Origin: Macrostomum hystrix
Lineage: Eukaryota > Animalia > Platyhelminthes
Direction: 5' to 3'
DNA: 64,000 bases
Assembly: GCA_950097015.1 (NCBI GenBank)
Contig: CATNEN010000039.1
Coordinates: 12,338,001 to 12,402,000, forward strand
Shown one piece after another: positions 34,746-47,390 of this stretch (positions are counted from its first letter, which is position 1; each line of letters begins with the position of its first letter). The position numbers and the translations under genes are program-made. The notes under the pieces were generated by a model. That model saw nothing but the letters and a program-made list of their open reading frames with translations, was not told the DNA's origin and ran no database searches.

Positions 34746-37700
34746 ATGTCAACTAGTCAACCAATAAAAAAGGAGCAATTAGGTCCTGCTGCTGCTACTG
34801 CAGAGGCTACTGTTACTAAGCAGGTGGAAGGTCCTGGGCCCGGTCCAACAGGTGAGGCAGCAGCAGCGGCTCCAGCTCCTGTCATTGTGGACGCTCCATT
34901 GCCAAAGGAGAATCCGTGGTTAAAGAAAATAATTGCCAGCGCCGAGCCAGGACCTTCGGTGTTGAAGAAGAACAAGCCTAATCCTACTCAGCAAGAGCAG
35001 CAGCAGCAGCAGCCGGCACAGGCTCAAAAGTTGCCTAGGCAACAAGTAAACAAACAGCAGCAGCAACCGGCTGAGCAAAAGAAGCGTTTGGTTTTTGCCG
35101 ACCAACAGGAGAGCAGCAGGAGGTCCGCTTCCATGGCAGCCGCAGCCGCCGCAGCTGCAGCCAATGAAGATTGGCCCACTCTAGATCAGTCTGTAGCTAA
35201 CACAGCCAGCAAAACTATCATTGATAGCAACGCTGGCGGTGTTGGAAATAAAGAAAATGCTTCGTCTACTACTAACGCCGGTGGGTCAGTAGTAGTAACT
35301 GCCCCTGGTTCAAACTCAAGAGGAAGGTCCGGAGTTGCAGCCGCTTGGCAGAAAATCGATTTGAATAGCAGACAGTCTAATAATATACCAGCTGCCAATC
35401 ACGCTGGCAATATCGAACACGACTCAAATGAGAAGCAGCAGCAGCAGCAGCCAGATGTGCCGCCTCGAAGACAAACTGCTCCGATGCGTCCGGCGCGACC
35501 GTTCAAACGTTTCGCTCGCACTGGCCGGTCTAAGATGCAACAGCAGCAGCAGCAACAGCAGCAACGTCCAGGCAATCATCAGCGGCAGGGCCGGATTCAG
35601 TTCAATAATAGGCCGGCACGCAATGGAAGTTTTGTTAACGGCAGGCGAACGGCCGCCAATCTGAAGGATATCGAAGTTTCACGATGCGGTAGGCTATCTA
35701 AAATCTTGCTTAAATGGGATATTTCCGTGTCTTCCTCATTGATAGGACATTATATATTTATTCCCTACAGTTAGGGATATTTTAGTATCATTCTCTCGAT
35801 TTGAGCATTTCCGTTTTTCCTAGACGTGCATGTTTTTGTTACCTCCCATGTGGGATAATTCCGTTTTCTCCCATGTGGGATATTTCCGTTTTTCCCAAGC
35901 TATTTCCCCATGAGGTATTTCAGTTCGAAAAAAAAGTTTTTTAAACTCAAATCGCATTCCTATTCGACCTCCGCATTCGCTCAGTGGCCTCAAACAAGTC
36001 AGACGATGGAGACGACAACCCCTACTATTGTCTGCCCTATTACGACGACCAGACACTTCCGGCCTTCACTGGCAACGCTGTGCCCTCCAATGTTAGAGAG
36101 ATTGGGTCGCACCCGCACGCTACATCGTCTGCGTATAAGCCGGTTAATGTGGCTGCTGAAAGCAGCTTGCCAGGTGAGAGACCCGCGATTTGAAAATCTA
36201 GTCTTTATTATTAACTTAAAATGTTTGAATTGCATTTCCCAACAGATCCCATGTTTTAGCTTCCACTTCCCTAACAGATCCCGTGTTTTCACTTCCACTT
36301 CCCCGTCAGATCCCATGGTTTAGCTTCTACTTCCTCCGTCAGATCCCAAGGTTTCCACTTCCCCGTCAGATCCCATGGTTTAGCTTCCACTTCCCCGTCA
36401 GATCCCATGGTTTAGCTTCTACTTCCCCGTCAGATCCCAAGGTTTCCACTTCCCCGTCAGATCCCATGATTTAGCTTCTACTTCCCCGTCAGATCCCAAG
36501 GTTTCCACTTCCCCGTCAGATCCCAAGGTTTCCACTTCCCCGTCAGATCCCATGGTTTAGCTTCTACTTCCCCGTCAGATCCCAAGGTTTCCACTTCCCC
36601 GTCAGATCCCATGGTTTAGCTTCCACTTCCCCGTCAGATCCCAAGGTTTCCACTTCCCCGTCAGATCCCATGGTTTAGCTTCCACTTCCCCGTCAGATCC
36701 CATGGTTTAGCTTCTACTTCCCCGTCAGATCCCAAGGTTTCCACTTCCCCGTCAGATCCCAAGGTTTCCACTTCCCCGTCAGATCCCATGGTTTAGCTTC
36801 CACTTCCCCACCAGATCCCAAGGTTTAGCTTCCGAATTTTCTAGATCCCAAAATGTATCCTTCTTTTTATTCCCAGCGGATACCAGGGGGTGATTAGCAG
36901 AGCGGTTAACGCGTTTGCCTCTCGCATTAAGGTCCCTGAGTTCGATTCCGAGACGAGGCCACATTCATTTGGGGCGCAGCCGCGCAGACAAGGCTGGGGG
37001 GCATATCGTTCAATTCGCGCCCTTGAGGGTCTACGTCCAAGGGACATTGATAGTGTACACTGCCTGACGATGAGAAAGTCACGGCAGATGTACACACCTG
37101 TGCGCGTGTGTGCTCAGGAGTCAGCGAAATGGGCAGAATTGCCTCCTCGCTGGCTGCGGGTCGACTGTCAACAAAGTATGCATCCCAGGCCTCCTACAGT
37201 TTTTTTTCCAAAATATTCGGCATTGCAGAGGGCCTGGCGCTTATGTACGCCAGCAAAGGTCACATGCATGACTTTATGCCCATAGACGAACTGGTCGACC
37301 CGGTCACAGGCACCCGGTCCGTCATTGTCAACGGGCTGTTCTTTTTTCCTGAAAATTTCGACAGCGACGCAATGTGCGACGTAGTGTTCACCCAGATCCG
37401 AAAACAGATTGAATTCTATTTCTCAGACGATAATCTGAACCACGACTTGTTTCTGCGCAGCATCATGGACAAGGACGGCTACGTCAGCTTGCAGACACTC
37501 ACCGGGTTTAACAGGGTCAACTATCTGAGCAGCGGAAATATTGAAGATGTCGCTGCCGCTATCGATGTCAGCCAGGATTTGGAACTCAGTCCTGATAGGA
37601 CTAAGGTGAGATTTTGTTTGAGCTGCGAATATTTTATTTCATGTATTGTTTACTAGAATAGCGGGCACTTAAGTGATTGTTTCTTAGAATATCGGACGCT

Positions 37701-40700
37701 TGAAAGAATTATTTCTAGAAAAGTGGATTCTTTATAGATTGTTTCTTAGAAAAGCAAACACACTGAACCCGTTTCATAGAAATCGAACGCAATGTAACCG
37801 TTTCTTAGAATAGTTTCAAAGATTGTTAATTTTACACTTGAGACTATGGTAGTCCTCGAACTGTAGGGACGCCTTCGAATTTCCTGGAATAATTTTTCCA
37901 CTGCAGGTTCGTCGCCGCGTCAATCCGCACCTTTGGCCAATCGATCTGGACACCTGGGAGCGAGACAAAGTCGAAGCCGCCGTACAGGAGAGCCTGCAGC
38001 AGCATCAGCAACACCGGCAGCTAGCCGATGATGAAGAAGAAGAGATGCCAGACGATGCTGAAGCAGAATTGGAAGCCGCAGAAGCAGCTTTAGAAGAGAT
38101 TGCCGGTCAGCCAGCGGAGACAGGCGAGGTGAATAACAATAGCGAAGCGGTCGGTGAACATGCCGAGCCTGGCCTGCCAGCTTTGAACATTGACGCGCCA
38201 GAGTTTGTGCCAATCTGGGGCGGTGGCGGATTCGATGTATCGTCTTCGTCCACAGTTACAAGTAATCAGTTAGCCACAGCCACTGGCGAAACTGAATGTG
38301 AGTGAAATGCTTGATTACACTTGTACCCTGACAATCGGAGTTATAAATTATTATCGTTTTAAACACGTCACGTCAGTTCAACGTCTCAAACGCTTCTCCA
38401 ATAAAATGCGGATTTTTTCTAAGAATAGCAAACACTTTAGTAGACTTCGGAAATTGTTTCTTAAAATAGAAAACTTACAAGTACGCTCGCACTTATGCTT
38501 CTTTCCTATCTCTAACCTTTTCATCGCCAGCCGCTGCTATTCCGATCGCACCGACATCCTCTGACACCGTCGACAATGCGGAGTGGACGCAGGTGGTTCA
38601 ACGCCGTCGTACTAGACGACGCTCCGGTGGCGGCGGCGTCAGCACTTCAGCCCCGGAGCATCACGCTGCTCAGCATCAGCAGGACGAGTTGGACTTTATG
38701 TTCGACTGCGAAGCTGAGCCGTCGACTTCGCTGCCGCAACCGCCGACGTCGCAGCAACAGCAGCAGCAGCAGCAACCGGCGTCAGGAGCTCAGTCCAATT
38801 TGCATCCGTCGTCAGCGGCTCACGGTCACGCCAGTCGGTCCCGGACAATCTCGACAACGGAGGACGAAGTGTCCGAATCCGACATCAACCGGCTGATTAT
38901 CGTTGCCCCATACGGCGCCACGGCTTCAGCAGCCGGCGTCACCGCCCCCTCAGGCGCTAACGCTTCGTCGCAGCGTCACGGCGCCACCGCGAAGCATCCG
39001 GGCGGGGATCGGCGCTCGGCGGCGGATCACGTGCCCCGATGCAACCGGATGACCCACGAGCTGGCCAGGCAGATTGACGACGGCCTCGTCAATTATGAAG
39101 CGGAAATTTGGCGCGTCGCAGTTGGCAGCGGTGGCGGAGCGGCCGCCGTCTCAGCCGACATATCGCCGTCGTCTTCAGTGACATCTTCGGCGGCCACTTC
39201 AGTCCGCGGCGGGCACCGCAAAGTGCAGCTGGTCTCGGAGGAGGCCCTGCGAGCGGCCCAGCGCAGCCTGTCCAGTTCAAGGGAGCGGCTGCATCAGCAG
39301 CTGCAGCAGCCGCCGCCGCCTCCACCGCCGCCGCCGCCTCCGCCGTCATCATCTGCCTTCGCGGCAGCGGCCGGCCTGGGCCAGACGGGTCGCATGCTCT
39401 CTGGTCGTTTCTTTCCGGCCTACGCTGATAAGCAGGCCAGGCTGCCGCCAACGGATGGCGCGCCTAGGAAGCAAAAGACTCGGCACAGCGCCAATCCGCC
39501 GCAGGAGCAGAGCATTGGCTATGTGTTCGATGTCAGGGAGCACCGCGCCAGGTCTAGGACTTCGTCTACTAGCAGCAACTTTAGGTAAGGCTTGTTCGTG
39601 TATATCTCATACAAAAATCGATAAGTACATTCTTTGTTGATCATAAGTGCATTGGTATGTACATCATAAGTACATCGGTATGTACATGATAAGTACATTT
39701 ATATGTACATCATATTTGCAGCATATGTACATTGGCATATCAATCTGAGTACATTAACATGAATATCGAATCCACACATATGTAAGCCATACAGTATATT
39801 CGCGGTATGCACATTTATGTGGATTACGAACGTTTGTGACGTCTGAACTCCTCCACAGTGAGTTCTCGGTGGCTTCCAGTCTGCCCAACAACCTGCCAAG
39901 CTGCGTGCCCCAATGTCCACCGGCTACCGGCCTACATCCGTCTCAGGTGCTGCTCCAGGAGCAGGGATTCAACTTTGTTGATTATAACCATTATCACAGG
40001 AAATGTTTGCAAGGTAAATTATATTATTTAACTACAATTTCTATCAAGTTTCTAGACTAAGTTTTTTAATTCTTCCCCAGATCCTTTGGTTAAATTGCAA
40101 TGCGAGTTTTCCACATATATCCCTTACTAGTATTTTCCTAAATCCTCAGATAGTGCTTCTATATGAAATTATTGGGTGATATAAAATCCTCAGGCAGTAT
40201 TCCCAACCTTCACAAATCCTCAATTAGTAATCCCAATCTTCACAAATCCTATCTATTAGTAATCCCAATCTTCACAAATCCTATCTAGTAGTAATCCCAA
40301 TCTTCACAAATCCTATCTAGTAGTAATCCCAATCTTCACAAATCCTATCTAGTAGTAATCCCAATCTTCACAAATCCTATCTAGTAGTAATCCCAATCTT
40401 CACAAATCCTATCTAGTAGTAATCCCAATCTTCACAAATCCTATCTAGTAGTAATCCCAATCTTCACAAATCCTATCTAGTAGTAATCCCAATCTTCACA
40501 AATCCTATCTAGTAGTAATCCCAATCTTCACAAATCCTATCTAGTAGTAATCCCAATCTTCACAAATCCTATCTAGTAGTAATCCTAATCTTCACAAATC
40601 CTATCTAGTAGTAATCCCAATCTTCACAAATCCTATCTAGTAGTAATCCAAATCTTCACAAATCCTATCTAGTAGTAATCCCAATCTTCACAAATCCTAT

Positions 40701-43003
40701 CTAGTAGTAATCCCAATCTTCACAAATCCTATCTAGTAGTAATCCCAATCTTCACAAATCCTATCTAGTAGTAATCCCAATCTTCACAAATCATATCTAG
40801 TAGTAATCCCAATCTTCACAAATCCTATCTAGTAGTAATCCCAATCTTCACAAATCCTATCTAGTAGTAATCCCAATCTTCAAAAATCCTATCTAGTAGT
40901 AATCCCAATCTTCACAAATCCTATCTAGTAGTAATCCCAATCTTCACAAATCCTATCTAGTAGTAATCCCAATCTTCACAAATCATATCTAGTAGTAATC
41001 CCAATCTTCACAAATCCTATCTAGTATTTATCCCAATCTTCACAAATCCTATCTAGTAGTAATCCCAATCTTAACAAATCCTATCTAGTAGTAATCCCAA
41101 TCTTCACAAATCCTATCTAGTAGTAATCCCAATCTTCAAAAATCCTATCTAGTAGTAATCCCAATCTTCACAAATCCTATCTAGTAGTAATCCCAATCTT
41201 CAAAAATCCTATCTAGTAGTAATCCCAATCTTCACAAATCCTATCTAGTAGTAATCCCAATCTTCACAAATCCTATCTAGTAGTAATCCCAATCTTCACA
41301 AATCCTATCTAGTAGTAATCCCAATCTTCAAAAATCCTATCTAGTAGTAATCCCAATCTTCACAAATCCTATCTAGTAGTAATCCCAATCTTCACAAATC
41401 CTATCTAGTAGTAATCCCAATCTTCACAAATCCTATCTAGTAGTAATCCCAATCTTCACAAATCCTATCAAGTAGTAATCCCAATCTTCACAAATCCTAT
41501 CTAGTAGTAATCCCAATCTTCACAAATCCTATCTAGTAGTATAGAGGTGTATGAAATACACTTGCGCTTATGGGAAAAATTGGACCTCTGGTAATAATCC
41601 TACCCTTCCTCTATTTGACAGACCGCGAAAAGGAGGGCCCTGGCCAATCGCAGGAGATGAACACCCTGTACAGATTCTGGTCGTTCTTTTTGCGAGACAA
41701 TTTCAACTGGAAGATGTATCACGAGTTTCGCCGTCTGGCCCTGGAGGACTCAGCGGCCGGGCATCGCTACGGCCTAGAGTGCCTGTTCAGATTCTACTCC
41801 TACGGCTTGGAGAAGCGATTCCGCAAGGACATCTTCCGCGACTTCAACGAGGAGACGCTGAAAGATTTCAAATCTGGACAGATTTATGGCTTAGAAAAGT
41901 TCTGGGCTCTGTTTAGATATTCGACCATTGATCCCAATGCGCTGGAGATGAGTCCGGTGCTGAGGGAGGCGCTAACGCGTTACACATCGATTGAGCACTT
42001 TCGAAGCGATAAGGTAGGAAATGATTGCTTTTATAATTAATGCTGAAGTCTAAAATATTGGTTTTAAGTCCATAGGATATCGTCTAAAACTCCACAGAAT
42101 CTATTTAAGCTTAAGAATAGTCTCAGACTCGAATTAAATCGTTACAAACGTCAGTAAATCATCTCTAATCCCTTGGCGTCGTAAATCCTAAATCACTTGA
42201 CATTAGCTCCAAGAATCGTCAAAAAACTTAAGGAATGGTTCCAAACCATGAGGTATCGTCCCAAACATTGAGGTATTGTCCCTAAACCTTAGGTGTCGTC
42301 CCAAGCCTTAAGGAATCGTACTAAATCTCACGGAATCGTACCAAACCTTGTGGAATCGTCCTAAACCTTGAGGCATCGTCCCAAACCTTGAGGTATCGTC
42401 CCAAACCTTGAGGTATCGTCCCAAACCTTAGGTATCGTCCCAAACCTTAAGGTATCGTTCCTAAACCTTAGGTATCGTCCCAAGCCTTAAGGAATCGTAC
42501 TAAATCTCACGGAATCGTACCAAACCTTGTGGAATCGTCCTAAACCTTGAGGTATCGTCCCAAACCTTGAGGTATCGTCCTAAGCCTTAAGGAATCGTAC
42601 TAAATCTCACGGAATCGCACCAAAAATTTTGGAATCGTACCAAACCTCATAGAATCGTTTTAAACTCTAAAATTCTGAGTTTTTTTACTTCGTGTCATCA
42701 CCTCAGATAGTTAAGAATCGCCACCCCTTCCATCCGCAGTTCGTGCCGCCCCAGGGTTTCTACGTGCGCAAGCGGAATCGCAATTCGCGCTGCTACAGCG
42801 AATCAGAAGGCGCCGCTGTCGCCGCCGCGGCCGCGGTTGTCAAAGAAAACGGCACCCGACCGCCTAGAAGCGATTCTGTCCGGGCCGATCTTGACGGCGG
42901 TGGCGGCGGCAAAGGCCTCTCGGAGCCAGTGACCAGGGCTGCCTCAGCCGCCGCGTCGGGTTGTGCCACCCCGGTATTAGGCACCAGCGCGCCTTCCAAT
43001 TAG
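34746..43003 (+). CDS. LARP1: La-related protein 1 (La motif, PAM2, DM15 cap/TOP-binding region); 8 coding exons
   Basis: Exons 34746-35688, 35985-36173, 37229-37605, 37907-38297, 38531-39584, 39859-40013, 41622-42013, 42740-43003, phase-consistent. La motif [28 protein letters not shown]2 [33 protein letters not shown]15 [43 protein letters not shown]. Confidence 0.95.
36240..36850. repeat. ~26/32-bp minisatellite (TTCCCCGTCAGATCCCATGGTTTAGCTTCCAC), LARP1 intron
   Basis: Direct reading. Confidence 0.93.
36888..37170 (+). mobile_element. Second tRNA-headed SINE family with structured body, in LARP1 intron 2
   Basis: A-box TAGCAGAGCGGTTAACGCG and B-box GAGTTCGATTCC. The body AGTGTACACTGCCTGACGATGAGAAA..GATGTACACACCTGTG..GTGTGTGCTCAGGA.TCAGCGAAATGGGCAGAATTG is near-identical to 54821-54974. 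Confidence 0.75.
40226..41540. repeat. 32-bp minisatellite (TAGTAATCCCAATCTTCACAAATCCTATCTAG), LARP1 intron splitting the DM15 region
   Basis: Direct reading; ~41 units. Confidence 0.96.
42235..42660. repeat. Degenerate ~20-bp minisatellite (GGTATCGTCCCAAACCTTGA), last LARP1 intron
   Basis: Direct reading. Confidence 0.88.
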
Positions 43004-43919
43004 CCCCCCTCCTTTGTTCTTCTGTTTTCTAAATTCGTAGTTTTTTTGTCTCTTGAAAAGTTCAGGACTTCCTTTTTGCGCGCTTGCGTTTTCTATCCCG
43101 AAAAACTTATGAGGAATGTACTTTTACTAAAGCCATAGCAGCCAAGATTATGTTTCATGACTTTTTTTTTTTTTTTTTTGCTTTTTTATTAATAAAGAAA
43201 ATAGGAAAACTTTTATGACAACAGGTGTACAAACTGTTCAGTCCATGGACAGTGGAAACTGTCGTGGTCACCCAAAGATTAAAGCACAATGGAATTTATT
43301 GCCTTGCTCATTGGCACAAAAACATTCCGAATAGACTGCAGTCTAAAACTTTTTATTGGGTTGAAAAAAACGCTTTAACACTACTTAGATGAGCAATCAA
43401 GTAAGTAGCATTTATTGTAAAGTTGTTCAATTTTAAAGGTTTACATTTTTGTTCATTTTTAACGTATAATGCAAGCGGCGCACACTATTCATACTACTGT
43501 TCTTGTGCTTGCTTGCTAACAGTAGTCACGAAAGCGCATTCTGAATTTCCTGGAATTCGACGATTTCTGCTGTCTAAACAGTTTTCTCGGTTTGGTTGTC
43601 AGCAAGGTTCTTTAAAAAATGTTGCGTGTTTTTGAGAGTTGACAAAAATATGATTGTTGCGTTTTCGGTGTGTAAGCTCACATTTTTCCCACTGGTTTTT
43701 GGAAATTTTGCTTTGTTTCTTCTGTTTATTGTATTGTGTAAAGCCTTGCTGTCTTATAGTTTTTTTGCTAAATTCTGGTTGCAGTTATGCTAAAAAGTTC
43801 TACCATAGTCATTATCTGTACCTTACATTGCTTAACCTCGCCTGTTGTACATCTTTGTACAGAGCCTCACAGACTGATTTTCAGGTACAGCTTCTCCTAG
43901 ATCCTCATAGCTGCCAACT

Positions 43920-44640
43920 CTTCCCAAATCCTCATTTTGAGCAACCAACCCTTCTTAAAAATCCTCATTTTGAGCAGCTAACCCTTCCCAAAAATCCTCA
44001 TTTTGAGCAACCAACCCTTCTCAAAAATCCTCATTTTGAGCAACCAACCCTTCCCAAAAATACTCATTTTGAGCAACCAACCCTTCCCAAAAATACTCAT
44101 TTTGAGCAACCAACCCTTCTCAAAAATCCTCATTTTGAGCAACCAACCCATCTAAAAAATCCTCATTTTTAGCAACCAACCCTTCCTAAAAATCCTCATT
44201 TTGAGCAGCTAACCCTTCCCAAAAATCCTCATTTTGAGCAGCTAACCCTTCCCAAAAATCCTCATTTTGAGCAACCAACCCTTCCCAAATCCTCATTTTA
44301 AACAATCAACTCTTGTTAGAAGTCCTCACTTTGAGCAACCAACCCTTCCCAAATCCTCATTTTAAACAATCAACTCTTGTTAGAAGTCCTCACTTTGAGC
44401 AACCAACCCTTCCCAAAAATCCTCATTTTGAGCAACCAACCCTTCCCAAAAATCCTCATTTTGAGCAACCAACCCTTCCCAAAAATCCTCATTTTAAGCA
44501 ACCAACCCTTCCCAAATCCTCATTTTGAGCAACCAACCCTTCCCAAATCCTCATTTTAAACAATCAACTCTCGTTAGAAGTCCTCACTTTGAGCAACCGG
44601 CTCTTCACAAACCCTCACCTTGAGCTATCAACTCTTCTTA
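43920..44640. repeat. ~33-bp minisatellite (CCTCATTTTGAGCAACCAACCCTTCCCAAAAAT)
   Basis: Direct reading. Confidence 0.93.
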
Positions 44641-45564
44641 AGTCCCAAATAAACTCGAAGTTTAACATTAAAATTCGTTTGTCTCAACGAAGAATTGCTC
44701 CATTTATTTCTCCTAGAAGAGCCCATTTAATAAAATAGTGTAATTAACTAATACAGTATCAGCAATGTCTAATCACACCAATTTGCCATACCTATAATGC
44801 TTGAATTATACAATTGTCATTACTCTATCTTTGTGTATTTTTAATTGTTAGCAATTGGTTAGAATTTTTCTGGTGCTTTTTTAAACGAGAAGATCGTTTA
44901 AAATAGTTAATTATGTCCTAAACAAAATGCCATATAAAATGTTTCTAGAGCTTATCAAAGGCTTTAGTTTTTTAGTAAATTGTATAATATATGAAACATG
45001 CCCGAAAGTCTACTTGTTAGTAGGTTGTGTCGAATTTATTCATCCTTTGACATATCGAGTTTAAATTTTAAAAAAATTTTATGCCATCTTTGAAGTTGGA
45101 TTGGTGAGTTTCTTGTGTGTGTGTGTTTTTTCTTCCTCTACAGCTTCAATAGTGTCAGTCATTCATAATTCATCAATTGATCGTGCGTGCATTCTTTATT
45201 GCGGCATTTTTTTAATTTAACAACCGCACTTTTACCCACATTATTCCCAACAACCACCAACCCCTATTAGCACTGATTCTGTGCGAACACACATTTATTT
45301 TACATCACATATTTTTCCTGCTAATCTACATGTTAAAAAACCATATTTATACGCGCTAAATTTGTATTTTTCTGTAAAATTTTAATTTCTAATTTCCAAT
45401 TCTTCCTTAAGTCTTAAAAAATGATGTTAATTCTTATTGTCAATTTTAATATTTTTATATAAAACTTTTTAAAAAGCCAATATCTCTTCGATTCACTACT
45501 CACTCTTCGTAACCTTTGTCCCCAAGCATCAGAAATGTTTGATAAGAATCGGCTTAAACCATTA

Positions 45565-46775
45565 GGAATTCGTCTTAAGCTCTTTAGAATCGTCTCAAGC
45601 TATTGAGAATCGTCCCAAGCTCTTTAGAATCGTCTCTTGCTATTGAGAATCGTCCCAAGCTCTTTAGAATCGTCTCTTGCTATTGAGAATCGTCTCTAGC
45701 TACTGAGAATCGTCTCTTGCTATTGAGAATCGTCTCTTGCTATTGAGAATCGTCTCAAGCTCTTAAGATTCGTCTTAAGCTCTTTAGAATCGTCTCAAGC
45801 TATTGAGAATCGTCCCAAGCTATTGAGAATCGTCTCAAGCTCTTTAGAATCGTCTCAAGCTATTGAGATTCGTCTCAAGCTCTTTAGAATCGTCTCAAGC
45901 TATTGAGAGTTGTCTCAAGCTATTGAGAATCGTCTCAAGCTCTTAAGATTCGTCTTAAGCTCTTTAGAATCGTCTCAAGCTATTGAGAATCGTCCCAAGC
46001 TCTTTAGAATCGTCTCTTGCTATTGAGAATCGTCCCAAGCTCTTAACAATCGTCTCTTGCTATTAAGAATCGTCTCTAGCTACTGAGAATCGTCTCTTGC
46101 TATTGAGAATCGTCTCTTGCTATTGAGAATCGTCTCTTGCTATTAAGAATCGTCTCTAGCTACTGAGAATCGTCTCTTGCTATTGAGAATCGTCTCTTGC
46201 TATTGAGAATCGTCTCAAGCTCTTAAGATTCGTCTTAAGCTCTTTAGAATCGTCTCAAGCTATTGAGAATCGTCCCAAGCTATTGAGAATCGTCTCAAGC
46301 TCTTTAGAATCGTCTCAAGCTATTGAGAATTGTCTCAAGCTATTGAGAATCGTCTCAAGCTATTGAGAATTGTCTCAAGCTATTGAGAATCGTCTCAAGC
46401 TATTGAGAATCGTCTCAAGCTATTGAGAATCGTCTCAAGCTCTTAAGATTCGTCTTAAGCTCTTTAGAATCGTCTCAAGCTATTGTGAATCGTGTCAAGC
46501 TATTGAGAATCGTCTCAAGCTATTGTGAACCGTCTCAAGCTATTGAGAATCGTCTCAAGCTATTGTGAACCGTCTCAAGCTATTGAGAATGTCTCAAGCT
46601 ATTGAGAATCGTCTCAAGCTATTGAGAATCGTCTCAAGCTATTGAGAATCGTCTCAAGCTATTGTGAACCATCTCAAGCTATTGAGAATGTCTCAAGCTA
46701 TTGAGAATCGTCTCAAGCTATTGAGAATCCGCCAAAGCTATTGAGATTAGTCCTAAGATATTTAGAATCGTCTCA
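45565..46775. repeat. 20-bp minisatellite (GAGAATCGTCTCAAGCTATT)
   Basis: Direct reading. Confidence 0.95.
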
Positions 46776-47390
46776 GGCACCCAGATAATAAAGATAAAGC
46801 TTATCGCATTGAATAATTTAGGAAGGAAACTAAACATTGTGTGTGGTCCAAAGTGTGCCGCCTTAAACCCCCCTAGAATTTTTTGCTGTTGAGCCGTCTA
46901 CTATATACATCTATTTACTCGGCTTAAAATTTCTTAATCTACTTCCACCATTCTTCTGTTGTGCAGTGATCTTTTTGTCGGCGGCAGATTAATTAGCGTT
47001 AATTAATAGGCTTATGTTTTTTCCTGACCCCTTTGTCATAGTACATTTAATACGCGTTAATATGCCCCACGTAATCCCCTATGAATTGCTATGAGTAGTA
47101 TGAGTAAAGTTTTTCGCTTGCTAATTTCTCGGATTGTAAATTGTTGATACCGCCGCTAACAGAAATGTTGGATTTTACCTTTTAAACTCTATTTTTTCTG
47201 CGGTGTTTCTTTTCAGGAAATGCAATTTTTTTAGTTATAATTATAATAAACATTAATTTCTGCTTCTTAGTTTTTCTGCTCTTTGGTGACTTTCTGTACT
47301 GCGAAGTTAAAGATTAAATTTAGTTGTGGACTTGCTCGCTTTTCTTGTTACTCATTTGGCATCGATTATTTACTCAAAAGTTTGACACCT

